Source: the human T2T-CHM13v2.0 reference genome, Homo sapiens. Taken from it: a stretch of DNA of 64,000 nt. The translations under genes were made by a program, and so were the position numbers. How positions within the stretch are numbered: the stretch's first letter is position 1; every line of letters starts with the position of its first letter. This document shows positions 14,200 through 29,137 of this stretch, piece by piece. The notes beneath the pieces are model-generated. The model saw nothing but the letters and a program-made list of their open reading frames with translations. It was not told where the DNA came from and made no database searches. The stretch lies in the NCBI RefSeq assembly GCF_009914755.1, contig NC_060925.1, one strand, 5' to 3'.

Positions 14200-14690
14200 T
14201 GAATGTTTATCATAGCTACAGATAAAAAAAACCCAACTCAAATCAGTTTTAAAAATGTTTAAATGTATAAGCTTGCATAATAAGAAATGTAGGAGTGGGG
14301 TGGGATTTCAGTATTGGTTAATTTGGTGGTGCAATAATGTCATAAAGGATCTGGTTCTTTCCACATCTCTGCTTGGCCATCTCTACTGTTAACTTTAATT
14401 CTGATTCCTTTCATGCTTATAGAAGAGCTGCCAGTGGCAAGATGGCTATATGCTTTCTTTAAATGTCTGACAGGAGGGAAAGACTGGCTTCTCTTTGCTA
14501 TCTCAAAGAACCGGGAAAAACTTTCTTCAGCAAATTTTTCAAGTAGTTTCATTAATCAGAATTGGGTCACATACCTATTCACAAACATCAGTGGTGAAAC
14601 TGATCCAAAACCAAGCTAAGACCCATCAGAGTCCACCCCAACACCCCCAGAGCTGGAGATGTGGTTTTGCCCTGATTCCTATGAGGATGG
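14200..14690 (-). mobile_element. old MLT1 (J/K-like) LTR, interrupted by an MST LTR
   Basis: 'aaaacccaactcaaatcag', 'aaggatctggttctttccacatctctgct'. Confidence 0.6.
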
Positions 14691-14691
14691 G

Positions 14692-15540
<849 letters not shown>

Positions 15541-15564
15541 TAAGTAAAAACAAATTTTTTTTTG

Positions 15565-16045
15565 TATGTCTCTTGGGCCAATTGTTTGTCACTTGCCTCC
15601 CAGCTCCATTTTTCCCCCTTCTTTGAGTTCCTTTGCAACACAATAGTGGGAAGTAAGCCTGTAAACTACATTTCCCAGACTTCTTTCCCAGCTGGCTTAC
15701 AGTTCAACATACAGATAGATACTTAACTTTATACCAGTTGGGGTGATGGTCATGCTTTGCAAGCTCTAAAACATGGTGCCAGAATTTGTAACAGCTGCAG
15801 TAGCAGAGTATGCTCGAGCAGCCGCAATGACCAGCAAACCTGGGCTCTATGTAGCACCATCTTTCATTAAATTCCTCCAGCTGAAGGTATAATAATCGCT
15901 CCCTACAGGTACACATATTTCTTTTTTACCCTTTTTGTTTCTTCAATCCTTCCCATAATTTTGTAACCACATCTCTAAATGAAATTTCCTCTGTTTGAAA
16001 TATCTATACTGGTTTCTGCTTTCCTGCATGGATGCTAACCAATCC
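15565..16045 (+). mobile_element. LTR33-like ERVL LTR
   Basis: 'aaactacatttcccagacttctttcccagctggctt', 'ctctgtttgaaatatctatactggtttctgctttcctg'. Confidence 0.65.
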
Positions 16046-16489
16046 AATTTTAAGCTAATCATAATTCTTTGAGTCATAACCAGGGATCCACTGCCCTGAA
16101 AAATCACAGTTTATCTGTTACAAAGCATGCCTAAAATTTGAGACGTAAATTTACTGCTTTGCAGGAGATAACAATGAATAACTTCTGCCCATATCACCTC
16201 TGTTTTATTTAGCATTTGCTTTTTTGAAGGGGAAGGTGGGGGGTAGTTGCAAGGAAGTGAAATTCACTGAAATTATTGATAATAAAGAAGATTTTTTATT
16301 ATCTATTATTGCTAACATAATAAAAAGGGATTATGCTAGTTATTTTTATATGTATGGACTGGAACTGAAACTGGTTCTGTCACTCTATCAGAAGCAATGC
16401 AGTTGTAGAAATTGTTCTTTTTTCCTCAAGGGCCACATGAGCACTCTCATGAAGAGCATTTACTCCATCTCCTCCTATTGACACTTGCT

Positions 16490-16785
16490 TTTTTTTTCTT
16501 TTTGAGATGGAGCCTCGCTCTGTCTCCCAGGCTGAAGTGCAGTGGCACGATCTCAGCTCACTGCAACCTCTGCCTCCCAGGTTCAAGCGATTCTCCTGCT
16601 CAGCCTCCCCGGTAGCTGGGATTCCAGGCAACAGCCAGCATGCCTGGCTAATTTTCTGAATTTTTAGTAGAGACAAGTTTTCATCATGTTGGCCAGGCTA
16701 GTCCCAAACTCCTGACCTCAAGTGACCCGCCTGCCTCAGCCTCCCAAAGTGCTGGGATTACAGGCGAGAGCCACTGCACCTGGCT
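16490..16785 (-). mobile_element. AluS SINE
   Basis: Reverse Alu; TSD gacacttgctt. Confidence 0.95.
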
Positions 16786-17229
16786 GACACTTGCTTATTC
16801 TTTTATGCAACTCTTTATACTTTTTCTCACCTCATGGTTTCTCCATATTTATTGTTTGTTTCCTAATAGTATAGGTTCCACCTGATCCCTATAATCATCA
16901 AATCTGTTGGATCCTCTAGTATTTCCCAATTCAAAAATCTGGAAGAAATAAATCTGATTGGCCCAGCAACACTCTCTTAGGAAAGAAATGCCATAGATCT
17001 TGGACTATCCTGGATATTGGGTACCCTTGGGTCAGAGACTACCTGAGGTCAAAGCAGCTATGCTCTGGGATAGCAGGAAGAGTACTTGTTTCATGACATA
17101 AATAAAGCCTAATTGCTTGTTTCACATTAGGGGCAGAAACAATGTTGACAATGTCCAATGCAAACCTCAAAAGAGTATTACCTTTCCTGCCACACATTCA
17201 CACAGCCACACAGAACCCAAATTGAATAC

Positions 17230-17590
17230 TGGTATGTTTTAGTTGTGTCCCCACCCAAATCTTATCTTGAATTGTAGATCCTGTAATTCCCAAGTGTTGC
17301 GGGAGAGACCCGGTGGGAGATCATTGAATCATGGAGACAGTTTCCTCCACACTGTTCTCGTGGTAGTGAATAAGTCTCACCAGATCTGATAGTTTTATAA
17401 GGGGAAACCCCTTTCGCTAGGTTCTCATTCTCTTTGCCTGCCACTATGTAAGACACACCTTTTGCCTTCCGCCATGATTATGAGGCCTCCCCAGCCACGT
17501 GTAACTGTGAGTCTATTAAACCTCTTTTTCTTTGTAAACTACCCAGTCTCAGGTATGTCTTTATCAGCAGCGTGAGGACAGACTATTACA
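17230..17590 (+). mobile_element. THE1B solo LTR
   Basis: THE1B-type 'aggggaaacccctttcgc'; perfect TSD aatac. Confidence 0.93.
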
Positions 17591-17875
17591 AATACTGTGT
17601 TTTGTGATTTTCTTTCCTTTAAGGTCTGCGTGTTAACAGGTATAAGAATCTCATTGAGGCACATGGGGATTATTTTCTCTGAACCATTAACCATGTTAGG
17701 AAATGTTCTAGATCTTATATCCCAACAAATATGACACGGACTGCACATATTAGATATTTATTAGGTACGTGGAATAGTTTAAAAATAAAAAAAAACAGGT
17801 AAATCTAGGTTCCAGATAACTTTAAAAATAAATTAAACAATTTATTTAAATGTTTTTTTAAAAAATAAAATATCT

Positions 17876-18190
<315 letters not shown>

Positions 18191-19944
18191 AGAACTCTGT
18201 ACATGTGAAGCCACATATAAGAAATGTACAATAATCACCCCCATTGATGTTTATATTCTAATTTAAAGGGGAGATATACAAAATAAATGATTAAATGATA
18301 TATGAAATAGTGAGATAAGGGTCTCATATTGAATCAGGTTTTAAAAAATGAACTTTATCATGTATAGAAGATATGCATGATATCCTTAAAACCTCTTAAA
18401 AGAAGCTCTGAAAAAAATAACTGATTACGTGTATCCCATTGTATATTTTCAAAAGTTTCAGAGTACTAAAAGAAATCTAGATGTGCAGGACCATACATAT
18501 TCAACTCAGATGGACCACCTAATACTTCTCCTTAAGTCTTTCCTTCCTGTCACCTCATTATCTCATGCAGGATTCCCTTCCTTGATCTTCATGCATGTCC
18601 CTAAATACACTCCCGCCCAGTGCATTTCTAGTTCCTCCTTTGCTGATACTCTTTTGGTTAACTCTGGTGTCACTCCCTCATATCCATTCTTGCTTCCTGG
18701 ACTGCCTTAGACTATTCCTCTTTTCCTTTCATTTCAGTTTTTCTGCCCTTTACCCCACCCAGTGGCTGGTTTGTGATACAAAGTATTGGTGGATGCCTGA
18801 GAAACTGAAAATTGTTCCAATAGATGTGAAGATGATCAATCTGAAACCAATCCATGTTTAAAATACAGCTTCTGAGCCAAGTCCAAAGGGACCTGTTAAA
18901 GATACTGACTGAGGCTATGAACTTAAAAGTCAAAATCCCATGCAAAGCCTGGATTCCATGTCTTGTGCGGATTTAGGGGATCTTTGTTTACATCCTCTCC
19001 TCCATACCCTCCTTTAGAATTTCACTTGTAAAAATAAATATCGCAAAATCTAAAATAAAGATCACTAGGCTACATTTCAATTCCACCATGCCTCTTCCCC
19101 TTCAACTCCAGGCTATTCATTTTCTAAAAATTCTTATGTTTTACCCTGCTCAGAAGAATAAAGTCTCTTTGACCATTTTCAGCATTTTTCTTTGAGTTTA
19201 ATCAATATTTGATTTTTTCTCCTTCTCTCTTGCCCTCATGCCTCTCCTGGCACATTGACATATCCTGTTTGTTATCTCCTTTATTTTTTTGTTTAATCTG
19301 AAGAGAAAAGGTGGCTGCTTTTGCCAGTAATGTAAATCCAACTTCCTGATTATTCAGTTGAGACCAATTTCTGCCTGGGAGACTGAACACACTACATTCA
19401 TGAGGCTGACGTCTGTCAATAGGAGTGAGGTGTACAATCTGTAAAGCAGCAAACAGCCAGCACGTGGACCGAGGGCACGCACAGGCCCACTGGGAGCCAG
19501 CCTTCACCTGCTGCTTTCCCAGTCTTCCCCCTAGAGGTGTAGGCTGTTTACATATTCTTCAAACCCTCAGAAATTGCCCATAATCTAAACATAAAAATCT
19601 GTTAATAAAACACAATGACACTGGAAAGGACTTTCACAAGAGTGACTGGGTGTTTTGTTCGTAGACATTATACTGTGTCACTTCCAGCATGGCAGGATTT
19701 GAGCTATAGGGAAGTATACTGACTGGCGTGAGGACAGGATTTGGGTCAAGAGCCTCTTTATGGATGGCAGAGAGCCTGGGAAGTGCCATGAAGAGAGAAA
19801 GCTGAGTGGACAGGAACACTTGCTTTTTGGTACCTGCCCCTCAGGGACCTCTTGGCTGAGGCTCTTGGGCAAGTCCCTGAAATAGGAAGCAGAGAACTTA
19901 AGCACTTAGAAATGTGTTTGTTTACAAATACCTCACATTTATTT

Positions 19945-20480
19945 ATCTCTTTATTCCTTTAAGTATTTATTGAGCACCTACTATGTGGCACTGTCCTAGA
20001 CATTAGAGATAAAACAATGAATAAAATGAAGATCATTCCCTTCCTTGTGGTGATTATAGTCCAGTAGAGAAGACAGCCAATAAATAAATATAAAAACATA
20101 ATTTTACCTATGTCTGAAGAAGAGGGAAAAAGCAGCATAAGTAAATATAGAATGACAAGGTGGGGGCAGTTACTTAAGAAATGGTTGTCAAGAAACCCCT
20201 CCCTGGGAGGGGGCACTTGAGTAATGAAGTGAAGATAGAAGTAACTATGTGTTTATCTAGAAAAAGAACATTCCGTAGGTAGAACTAAAAGGGGCATAAG
20301 GCAGATACACGCTTGTGTACCGGAGCCACAAGATATGAGTGTGCATGAACATAAGGAAGTGTGAGAAAAAAATAATAAAGAAGCAAGGGAACAGAAGAGG
20401 AGAGCCTTGTAGACCCTGGTAAAGAGTTTGAATTTTATTCTGACGGAGTTGAGAAGCCATCAAATGTCATAGCATGGAGG
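19945..20480 (-). mobile_element. L2 3' portion
   Basis: 'aagtatttattgagcacctactatgtggcactgtcctag' L2 tail. Confidence 0.8.
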
Positions 20481-21624
20481 CATTGGGATAAGGATGAGGG
20501 TGGTGATCATGGTGAATGTAATATTCAGTATGTGCCCGATCTGCCTCCATCTCTGTAAAATGGGGCCATATGAGAGCCCTACCCCCTGGCCTTTTTGATG
20601 ATTAAATGATACTGCATGCAAAGCTTTTGAAACAGTGTTCAATAGGAGTTATTATAGTTACTGTTATGATCAACAAGGACCAGGCTATTTGTGCTCACCA
20701 TTTCAACCGCATGTTGACCCCCAAGTATATTTCAAATACAAATATTTTAATCAGAATTATGCTAACATCAATAAATTTTTGTGGAAAAAGTATTTTTTAC
20801 AGTGAACTCCATTAAGCCAATTTAATTCCTTAATCAATGTTCCATATTGCACAATTTAATCATTTCTAATTTTTCCCATTTTCATTAGCATTATTTCTTT
20901 TCCATTTCAATTTTATGGCAAGGTTTGAAATATCCCTAAAGTTTAAATGATGCAGTCAAATAGTGTTTCAATGTGGTGTGGTTTAAATATCCTGCTGCTT
21001 GAGAATTCTGCATCTCAGGGAAGTTAACTGACTTGCCCAAAGACATACAGCTAGTAATTTACAGAGGTGAGCTCCCAACCTAAGCCCTTCTAATTGTGGT
21101 ACTATGATCTTTCACCATGGTACTCTTCTGGAAAAAAAGAGAGAGAGAATAGAATAATACTAATAACCCCCTACCAGGGTTAATGTGATGCTTAATTGAC
21201 ATAATAAATGAGAAAGTACTTTTTGAAACTATGAAGCACTGTTATTGCTAATAATAACAATAAAAATAAGACTCATCTCTGGGTTTAGAAGAGTACAATG
21301 AATTAGTTTATTGCTAGCTGAGTGCATTCAGCTAGATCAAGGAGTTTCATTTCCTAAATGTCTCGATTTGTCAAATGTATCACAAACCCACTTCAGCATA
21401 TCCTAAGAGCTTCCACCAAGAAGGAGGATAGAGTTGGGAGCCTGTTGGGATTTTGCTCAAAATAAGAGAACAATTGACTACAGTGGCAGAGGTGGTCTTT
21501 GAGAGGATCCTGGATCTTTAAAGCAACCTCAATTAGTGCTGGTAAAGTCCAACTGGGGCCTGTTGTCTGTTAAAGAGGGTCTAATTCAAGGCTTTAAAGA
21601 GATGATGGTTCTTAGCATAAGGGC

Positions 21625-22225
21625 CATTCAGTAGTCCTTCTTTGAGTGCTTAATATCTTGAGGCACTGTGCTAGAGGCCAATGGTATGAAAAGACACTGT
21701 CTCAACCTGAAGAAGCTCACAGCTTGCTAGGGAAGATAGGCATGCTAAAAAAACAAGCATGATCTACTATAAAACTACGGTGGAGGCAGAGGGGAGGAAC
21801 ATCCATCCCAATATGAGAAGACTTCCTATAGGAAGACTTCCTTGATGATAATTTCAAGGACAATTAGGAGTAATCAGGTAGACAAGGTGGAAAGTACATT
21901 CCAGGGTAATGAAATATGCAAAGGGATAGTGATGAAACAGAATGGTGCTTCCAAGAGAACATATGCCATGGCTTGGGTGAAGAGGGAATGAGGCAGGTGA
22001 AGTCAGGAAGGGCTCAGGTACAAGAGGAGTAAGCAGATAAGTCAGGGAAAGGGGCTGAGTGCAGGTCTCTGCAAAGGAGAGTGGAGGCCAGAAAAGTATA
22101 CCCATGCCTCAGGGAGAGAGATGAGCAGGGGCCCAGCCTGTTCAGAAGCCACTGTAGGCACTGACGGGTGGGACAGAGACCAAAGCCAAAGGTCATTGAA
22201 ATAAGAACAAGTTAGATAGATAAAG
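21625..22225 (-). mobile_element. L2 fragment
   Basis: 'ttgagtgcttaatatcttgaggcactgtgctagagg'. Confidence 0.6.
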
Positions 22226-22487
22226 GAGATGTTGCAATTGCTACTAGACTAGAAAACGAAATCCACCCCAAAACAATAGAAAAAATGGACCTAAACATAC
22301 CAGTTGTTTCTGAAAGCTATTCCCGTGGGCATGGCTTCTCAATGTATGGCCCAGGACCAAGTGGGACTGAGGCTTCAAGGACAGATTTCTTGAGAAGCAC
22401 CAGACTGAGGCTGGGACAGTTGAGGATTGATACAGCTTATATCCCAGCAGTTTGTGGGCACTGAGAAATGAGGTCATTGTTCACTCA

Positions 22488-24165
22488 TGTATTAGTTCAT
22501 TATCATGCTGCTATAAAGAAATACCTGAGACTGGGTAATTCATAATAAAAGAGGTTTAATTGGCTCATGCTTCTGCAAGCTGTACAGGAAGCATGGTACC
22601 AGCATCTGCTTGGCTACTGGGAAGGCTTCAGGAAACTTATAATCGTGGCGGAAGGCAAAGAAGGAGCGAGAACTTCACATGGACAGAGCAGGGAGAGAGA
22701 GCAGGAGAAAGAGAGAGACAGAAGGAGGAGGTGCCACACACCTTTAAAAGATAAGATCTTTTTTTTTTTGAGATGGAGTCTCGCTCTTTCGCCCAGGCTG
22801 GAGTGAGAGGCACATCTCGGCTCACTGCAAGCTCCGCCTCCCAGGTTCGTGCCATTCTCCTGACTCAACCTCCCGAGCAACTGGGACTACAGGCACCCGC
22901 CACCATGCCCGGCTAATTTTTGTATTTTTTTTTAGTAGAGACGGGATTTCACCATGTTAGCCAGGATGGTCTCAATCTCCTGATCTCATGATCTGCCCGC
23001 CTCGGCCTCCCAAAGTGCTGGGATTACAGGCATGAGCCACCGCGCCCGGCCAAAAGATAAGATCTTGTGATAACTCACTCACTATCACAAAAATAGCATC
23101 AAGGGGATGGTATAAACCATTCAGGAAAATCCACCTCCATGATCCAATCACTTCCCACTAGGCCCCACCTCCAACACTGGTAATTACAATTACATAGATT
23201 TGCCGGAGACACAGATCCAAACCATATCATTTCACACTGGTCCCCTACAAATCTCATGTCCTTCTCCCACTGCACAATAAAATCATGCCTTCCCAACAGC
23301 CTTCCAAAGTCTTAAATCATTCTAGCATTAACTCAAATGTCCAAGTTCAAAGTTTCATCTGAGACAAGGTAAGTCCCATCCACCTATGAGCCTATAAATC
23401 AAAAACAAGTTAGTTACTTCCAAGATACAATGGAGGTACTGGCATTGGGTAAACACTCCCATTCCAAAAGGGAGAAATCAGCCAAAAGGAAGGGAATACA
23501 GTCCCCATGCAAATCCAAAACCCAGCACAGCTGTCATTAAATCTTAAAGCTACAAAACAATCCCCTTTGGCTCCATGTCTCACATCCAGGGCACACTGGT
23601 GCAAGAGGAGGGCTCTCAAGGCTGTGGACAACTTCACCCCTGTGGCTTTGCAGAGTTCAGCCCCTGTGGCTACTCTCATGGACTGCCATTGAGTGCCTAC
23701 AGCTTTTCCAGGTGCAGATTCTGCATATCCTAAGAGCCTCCACCAAAAAGGAGGATATATATAGTTGGGAGACTGCTGGGGAGCTCTTGGTCTGGTGGCC
23801 CGCTTCTCACAGCTCTACTAGGCAGTGCCCCAGAGGGGACTCTATGTAAGGGCTCCAACCCCACATTTCCCATCTGCACTGCCCTAGCAGAGGTTCTCTA
23901 TTAGGTCTTTGCCTCTGCAGCAGGCTTTTCCATACATCCTCTGAAATCCAGGTAGAGACTCCCAAGCCTCAACACTTGCACTGTGTGCAACTGCAGGCTT
24001 AACACCACGTGAAGCCACCAAGGCTTATGACTTGCACCCTCTAAAGCAGCAGCCTGAGCTGTACCTGGGTCCCTTTGGGCCACAGCTGGGGCTGGAGTGG
24101 CTGGGATGCAGGGAGCAGTGTCCTGAGCCTGTGCAGGGCAGTGGGAGCCCTGGGCATGGCCCATG
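22488..24165 (-). mobile_element. MSTB-like MaLR: 3' LTR (~22488-23229) plus truncated internal region (23230-~24165)
   Basis: LTR ends 'acacagatccaaaccatatca'; MST-int follows; no second LTR; abuts a MIR. Confidence 0.9.
22761..23051 (-). mobile_element. AluY inserted into the MSTB LTR
   Basis: 15-bp TSD aaaagataagatctt at 22746-22760 and 23052-23066. Confidence 0.95.
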
Positions 24166-24530
24166 AAATCCTGGCTCTGTCACTTAACAGCAATTGGATC
24201 TTGAACCAATTGTTTAACTTCCACAGCCTTAAGGTTTTAAACCATGTAATGGGGATAGTACTTCCCTTTCAGGGTTATTGTGTGGAATATATAAAATAGT
24301 AACAGCAAATAAAAGTAAGCAGTCATATTGCATGCCAGGAACATTCTGAACACTCTACATTTACTGATTCAATTAATACTTACAACAACTGTATGAGGTA
24401 GTGTACTATTATCTCCCCTTTAAAGATAAGAAAACTGAGGTATGTAGAGGTTAAGTAATTTGATCAAGTTTATTCAATCAGTAAACAACAGAGCTGAGCT
24501 CAGGCATTTTGAGTCCAGAATCTATGCCCC
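24166..24530. mobile_element. two MIRs tail-to-tail (+ ~24166-24300; - ~24320-24530)
   Basis: 'aatcctggctctgtcactta' and 'agataagaaaactgagg...gaggttaagtaatttg'. Confidence 0.7.
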
Positions 24531-27014
24531 AAATTGCTTTGTATAGGACCAAGGAAGAGGTCAAGAAACAATAGTCATTATTTTGCTGCTGCTGCGGTTG
24601 TTATAAGGCCAAATCCATGTGATTTGAGGACACTAAAATAGTACCGTGCCTCCAAGTGATTAATTTTATGGTTAGGGGTAGATTAAAACACAGGGGCTAA
24701 TATTTTAAAATATTTGTTCAGCATTTACATAGAGGAAAATCTGCATGCTGGACTGGACAGTATGGAGAAGTTAAACCAAAGACAGCACTCAATGTGTTTT
24801 CCTATTGTCCAGGACAATTCAGCCCTGGTTGCAAACTTGAGAAATCCGCCAAGCAAAAAAAAGTTCTGTCGTCATGTGCATCCCTTCTTAGAGGTTGTGT
24901 GTCAACTGTCTATTGTTCATGTCTACGCTCATTCCAGGCGTCTTGTCATCTTTCTTCCAAACACATTTGATACTATCCCAGACAAGTATTCTGTTAAATG
25001 CCACTTATGCATCTGGTAACATTTGTAGGAGTGTGACAGTGTGCCTGATACACTTGTTGCCTGGGTAGCTGCCTAGCTGGCCTGCTCCTTAGTACATGCT
25101 GAAGTTGATCCCCAACCTAGGCCTCCAGGTAAAGTCTGAATTCATCTAAACAGTGGAAGAGGAAGGACAGCACTCAAATCCTGCCGCACCCTATACACAC
25201 AGCACATTAGGTGCCAGCAACTATCTCCAGTGAGGGCAGATAATTTGTCAGATTATATCGAACACAGAGTTAAAAGTTGGGGTATTGAGTGGGGAAGTGC
25301 AGAGGAAAAGATGGAAGATTGAGGCAACTAAGCTGGAAAGTCCTAAACATCAGCAATTTTTCTTTTTTTAACAATCTGAAAATTTTTGGCCGAGGAGCTA
25401 GAAGCCTTTATTTCATATCTCTTTCAGAGTTTAAAAATCTTCACATCTACCCATTCCATTTGCCCAAAGAAAAGGATGCTTTAAGTGACTAAATGACAAG
25501 AGACTGCTTATGTTCCTTCTTAGGGCCTGGAAGTAACAATGCCAGGGCTGTCAGCAAAGCCTAAATGAGTCCATCTTTCCTAACATGGACTTGCGGCAAT
25601 TCTGTCATGGTAGTTTACATGTGTGTGATTGGATTGACTACAAGGTTTGAATCATGTCTCTCAGTGAATGAGGATTCAACCTAAAATATGAAACCATTGT
25701 AAACTAAACAGACCATAAATTAAAAATTTTACTTACAGGCATTTAGAAATTAATTCTCATGTGCTCAAGTATTTTCATGTTTATGCTACATTATGTGATA
25801 AAAACCTATTTTTACTAACCTATTTGGCTTATTAGCAGCAATTTTCTATTAATGAACACCAAGCTGGATATTCCTTGGAGGCAAAGAGTGCACTGGATTC
25901 TCTCTATCCCAAGGTACAGACACATAGTAGATACTCATAGTAGATACTTAAATGTTTATTGGATAATAGGAGGAATTATTGTCTTTTCTTTTGTATGCAA
26001 TATATTTTCAAGCGGTTAAGTTGTAATCCTTATAAAATATTGCTATTCAGATTTTCCATGACATCATATTTTACTTTAAGCTGTACTCTACCCTGCCAAT
26101 ATTTTCAAACAGTAAACTTTCATAGAATTTACACAACTACTTCAAAACTTAGCAATTAAATTCACTTTTATTTCTGTAATAAGAGAATATAGACTTAAAG
26201 AATTTGATGAATAAAGTCATAAGGATCCCTCCTCCAATTGATTCCATTATTGGCATTTTATAGGTAAGCTGGGTATCTTCAGGTGTGTTTCTTCCCCATG
26301 GAATTGTTTGCCCTGTGGCACTGCAAGCCTGGCACTCATTGCTCTTTAGCAAAGGGTTAAAGCAGCCATTTGTTCTCAGAGCATTTTGTTTTCCCCAAGA
26401 TTTCCATTACTGCTATAAATTTTTCAGCGTGGCTTTTATGTAAATGCAGCAAGAAAGGCAAGACAGAAAAATTTATTTGTAAGCTTTAGGGGGAAAAATG
26501 AGGAATCTGAAACTGTTTATTGAAAATAAATGAATATGGAATGTAGAATGGAGGCCAAAGAAGAAATGAATATTTTGTCTAAGTACCACTTGAACAAAAC
26601 CCCAGAGTAGGAGGTGGAGGCTAACATGGACTGTTTCTGGGGCAACCAAGCATACTTTTGGCTGCAGACAGGCCAAGGTCAAAATCCAAAGTCTTACTCA
26701 AAGAAGCCGTAGATCCCACTGAAAGCCAAATCCTGGGCTGGTGGTCAGAAAACTCTGAATTGGTGTGTGTCCTGAAGCAGGTCATTTGATGTCCTCGATC
26801 TGTCATAGAAACATTTCCATACCCCACCCACACTTCTGATAGGATGCTATTTTCAGTACTCCCTTGAAAGCTGAAAGTGGGTATTATTCATATCTGTATA
26901 CTCAAAAACTTCACACATAGGCAGTCATTAATTCATTATGTTACATGGAAGAATTTGAGAACCTTTAAGTATGAAGTGCTTTGTCAGTACTCCGCTTTTG
27001 AATATAGGTTATAT

Positions 27015-27490
27015 TATCATTCAGGTATGGCGACATCAACAGATCGGGAGATGACTACCAGTGGAAAGAGTTTGCTACTCACAGATCCCAAAGAAGGCGC
27101 ATGCCACATTAAGGGGTAGGGACAGGTGGGGAAGGAGACATACAGGAAGGCACCAAGGTAGCTCAGGAGGCAGAGGGAATGAAGGGAAAACGTGGGCAAA
27201 AGCCTTTATTGTGGTTTCCGTGGGAAGAAATATGTGAGGCAGGATAAGGATGCTTAGGATTGGCCCATCTGAATAATTTTAATAGGTTCTGGGGAAGAAG
27301 GACTGTTCCTGTTAGTCTGGTATCTGGCCCCAGGGTGATTAGAACAGAGATAGTAGCCAGGAATGTGAGAGCCTAATAGAATAGAGGTGACTGGATTAAA
27401 GTCATGGGTTACAGAACAGTCCCTCCAGGACCAGCAAGTCCCCAAGATGTCAAAGCATAAGAAAACAAAAAGGAAGATTAATATACTTTG
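27015..27490 (-). mobile_element. LTR47-like ERVL solo LTR
   Basis: 'caacagatcgggagatgactacc', 'gaaaacgtgggcaaaagcctttattgtggtttcc' (AATAAA on the minus strand). Confidence 0.75.
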
Positions 27491-27732
27491 CATATACTCT
27501 TTTTAGGTAAACATCAAACCTATTTTACTGTATATTTTTATAGGACAAAAGTAAGGCTCAACATGATTTGAAACTGAGCCGTGGTTACATGGTAGTTGGA
27601 AGGACCAAAATTGACAACTAGGTTTCTATAAATCCAAAGGGCATGTCTTCTAGTTCTGACATGCTGCCTTCTATGTCTACTGTTTCCAGTTTGGATTGCA
27701 ATATACCTCTCCTAGCTACAGGCACATAGCTA

Positions 27733-27782
27733 ACACACACACACACACACAGACACATTCACACACACATACTCATTCACAT
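27733..27782. repeat. interrupted (CA)n microsatellite
   Basis: Direct reading. Confidence 0.85.
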
Positions 27783-28721
27783 ATCAGTCTAGAATTTCTA
27801 GACTGGCAAGATAGTTCTGACAATAACCCAAACTTTAGATTCATATGGTGGAAGGGAGATTTGTATGGGAATGAGGATATTTAGCAATTAATTCTGTTTG
27901 TCACCCATATGTTGTGGACCTTGAAAGGTCATTTGGCCCACGAAGGCTGAGCACAATCCTTTCTATATAGTAGATAGTCAAATACTCTCCAAATTGACTT
28001 AGGTCTTAGTTTCCTTCCCAGTAACAGGAAGAAATTAAAATAGATATGTTTCAAGGTGATTTATATTATTAAAAATAATAATCCTCTGATATGTTACAAT
28101 GCCTGAAAAACCTAATATTTTACCTGAAAGAAGACTCAACCAAAAATTATATTATCCCTGCTAGCTTATCCCCCTTCCCTGCTTATAGATCAGCAAGATT
28201 GGGTAAGCTTGGTTTCATCAGGCCAGAGTTTATGACTAAATGTGTGAGACATCCTGGGCTGTTAGGAATGAGTCACTTGGGCAGGTGGGCAGCCCGGGTG
28301 CAATCTCACCAGGAGCCCCAAAGCCTGCTTCTGTAAGAAACACTGCTACACATGCGATTACAGGAAGTAATTTGGCACTGAGCAGCCCTATTGAGTCATC
28401 ACTCTTGTTCTTATACGAGACTCGATATTTCCTCTTTTTAATTAAAAAAAGAAACATGCTGGCATTCCATAAATAACATCAGTGATGCAAAAAAAGGCAA
28501 GGCACAAAGGAAGGAGAAACTGGAAGAGCCTAACCTTAGCCAGGCTTCGTCTTCCTTAAACTGTCTCCTCTGTCCTCAGCTCAGCAACACCCACAGATCA
28601 CTGCTGCTGGACAGCGTCTACCCCTGCCCTTGTGGGAGCTAAAGGGATGAAGGGAGGACAAAAAAGGGGGGGACTTCTTTCAAATCTTGTGCTAATGGAA
28701 ATAGAAAGAAAAAACCATTGA

Positions 28722-29137
<416 letters not shown>

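Noticed and set aside
25923-25948. 13-bp tandem duplication catagtagatact
   Set aside because: Trivial slippage within an L2-like tail
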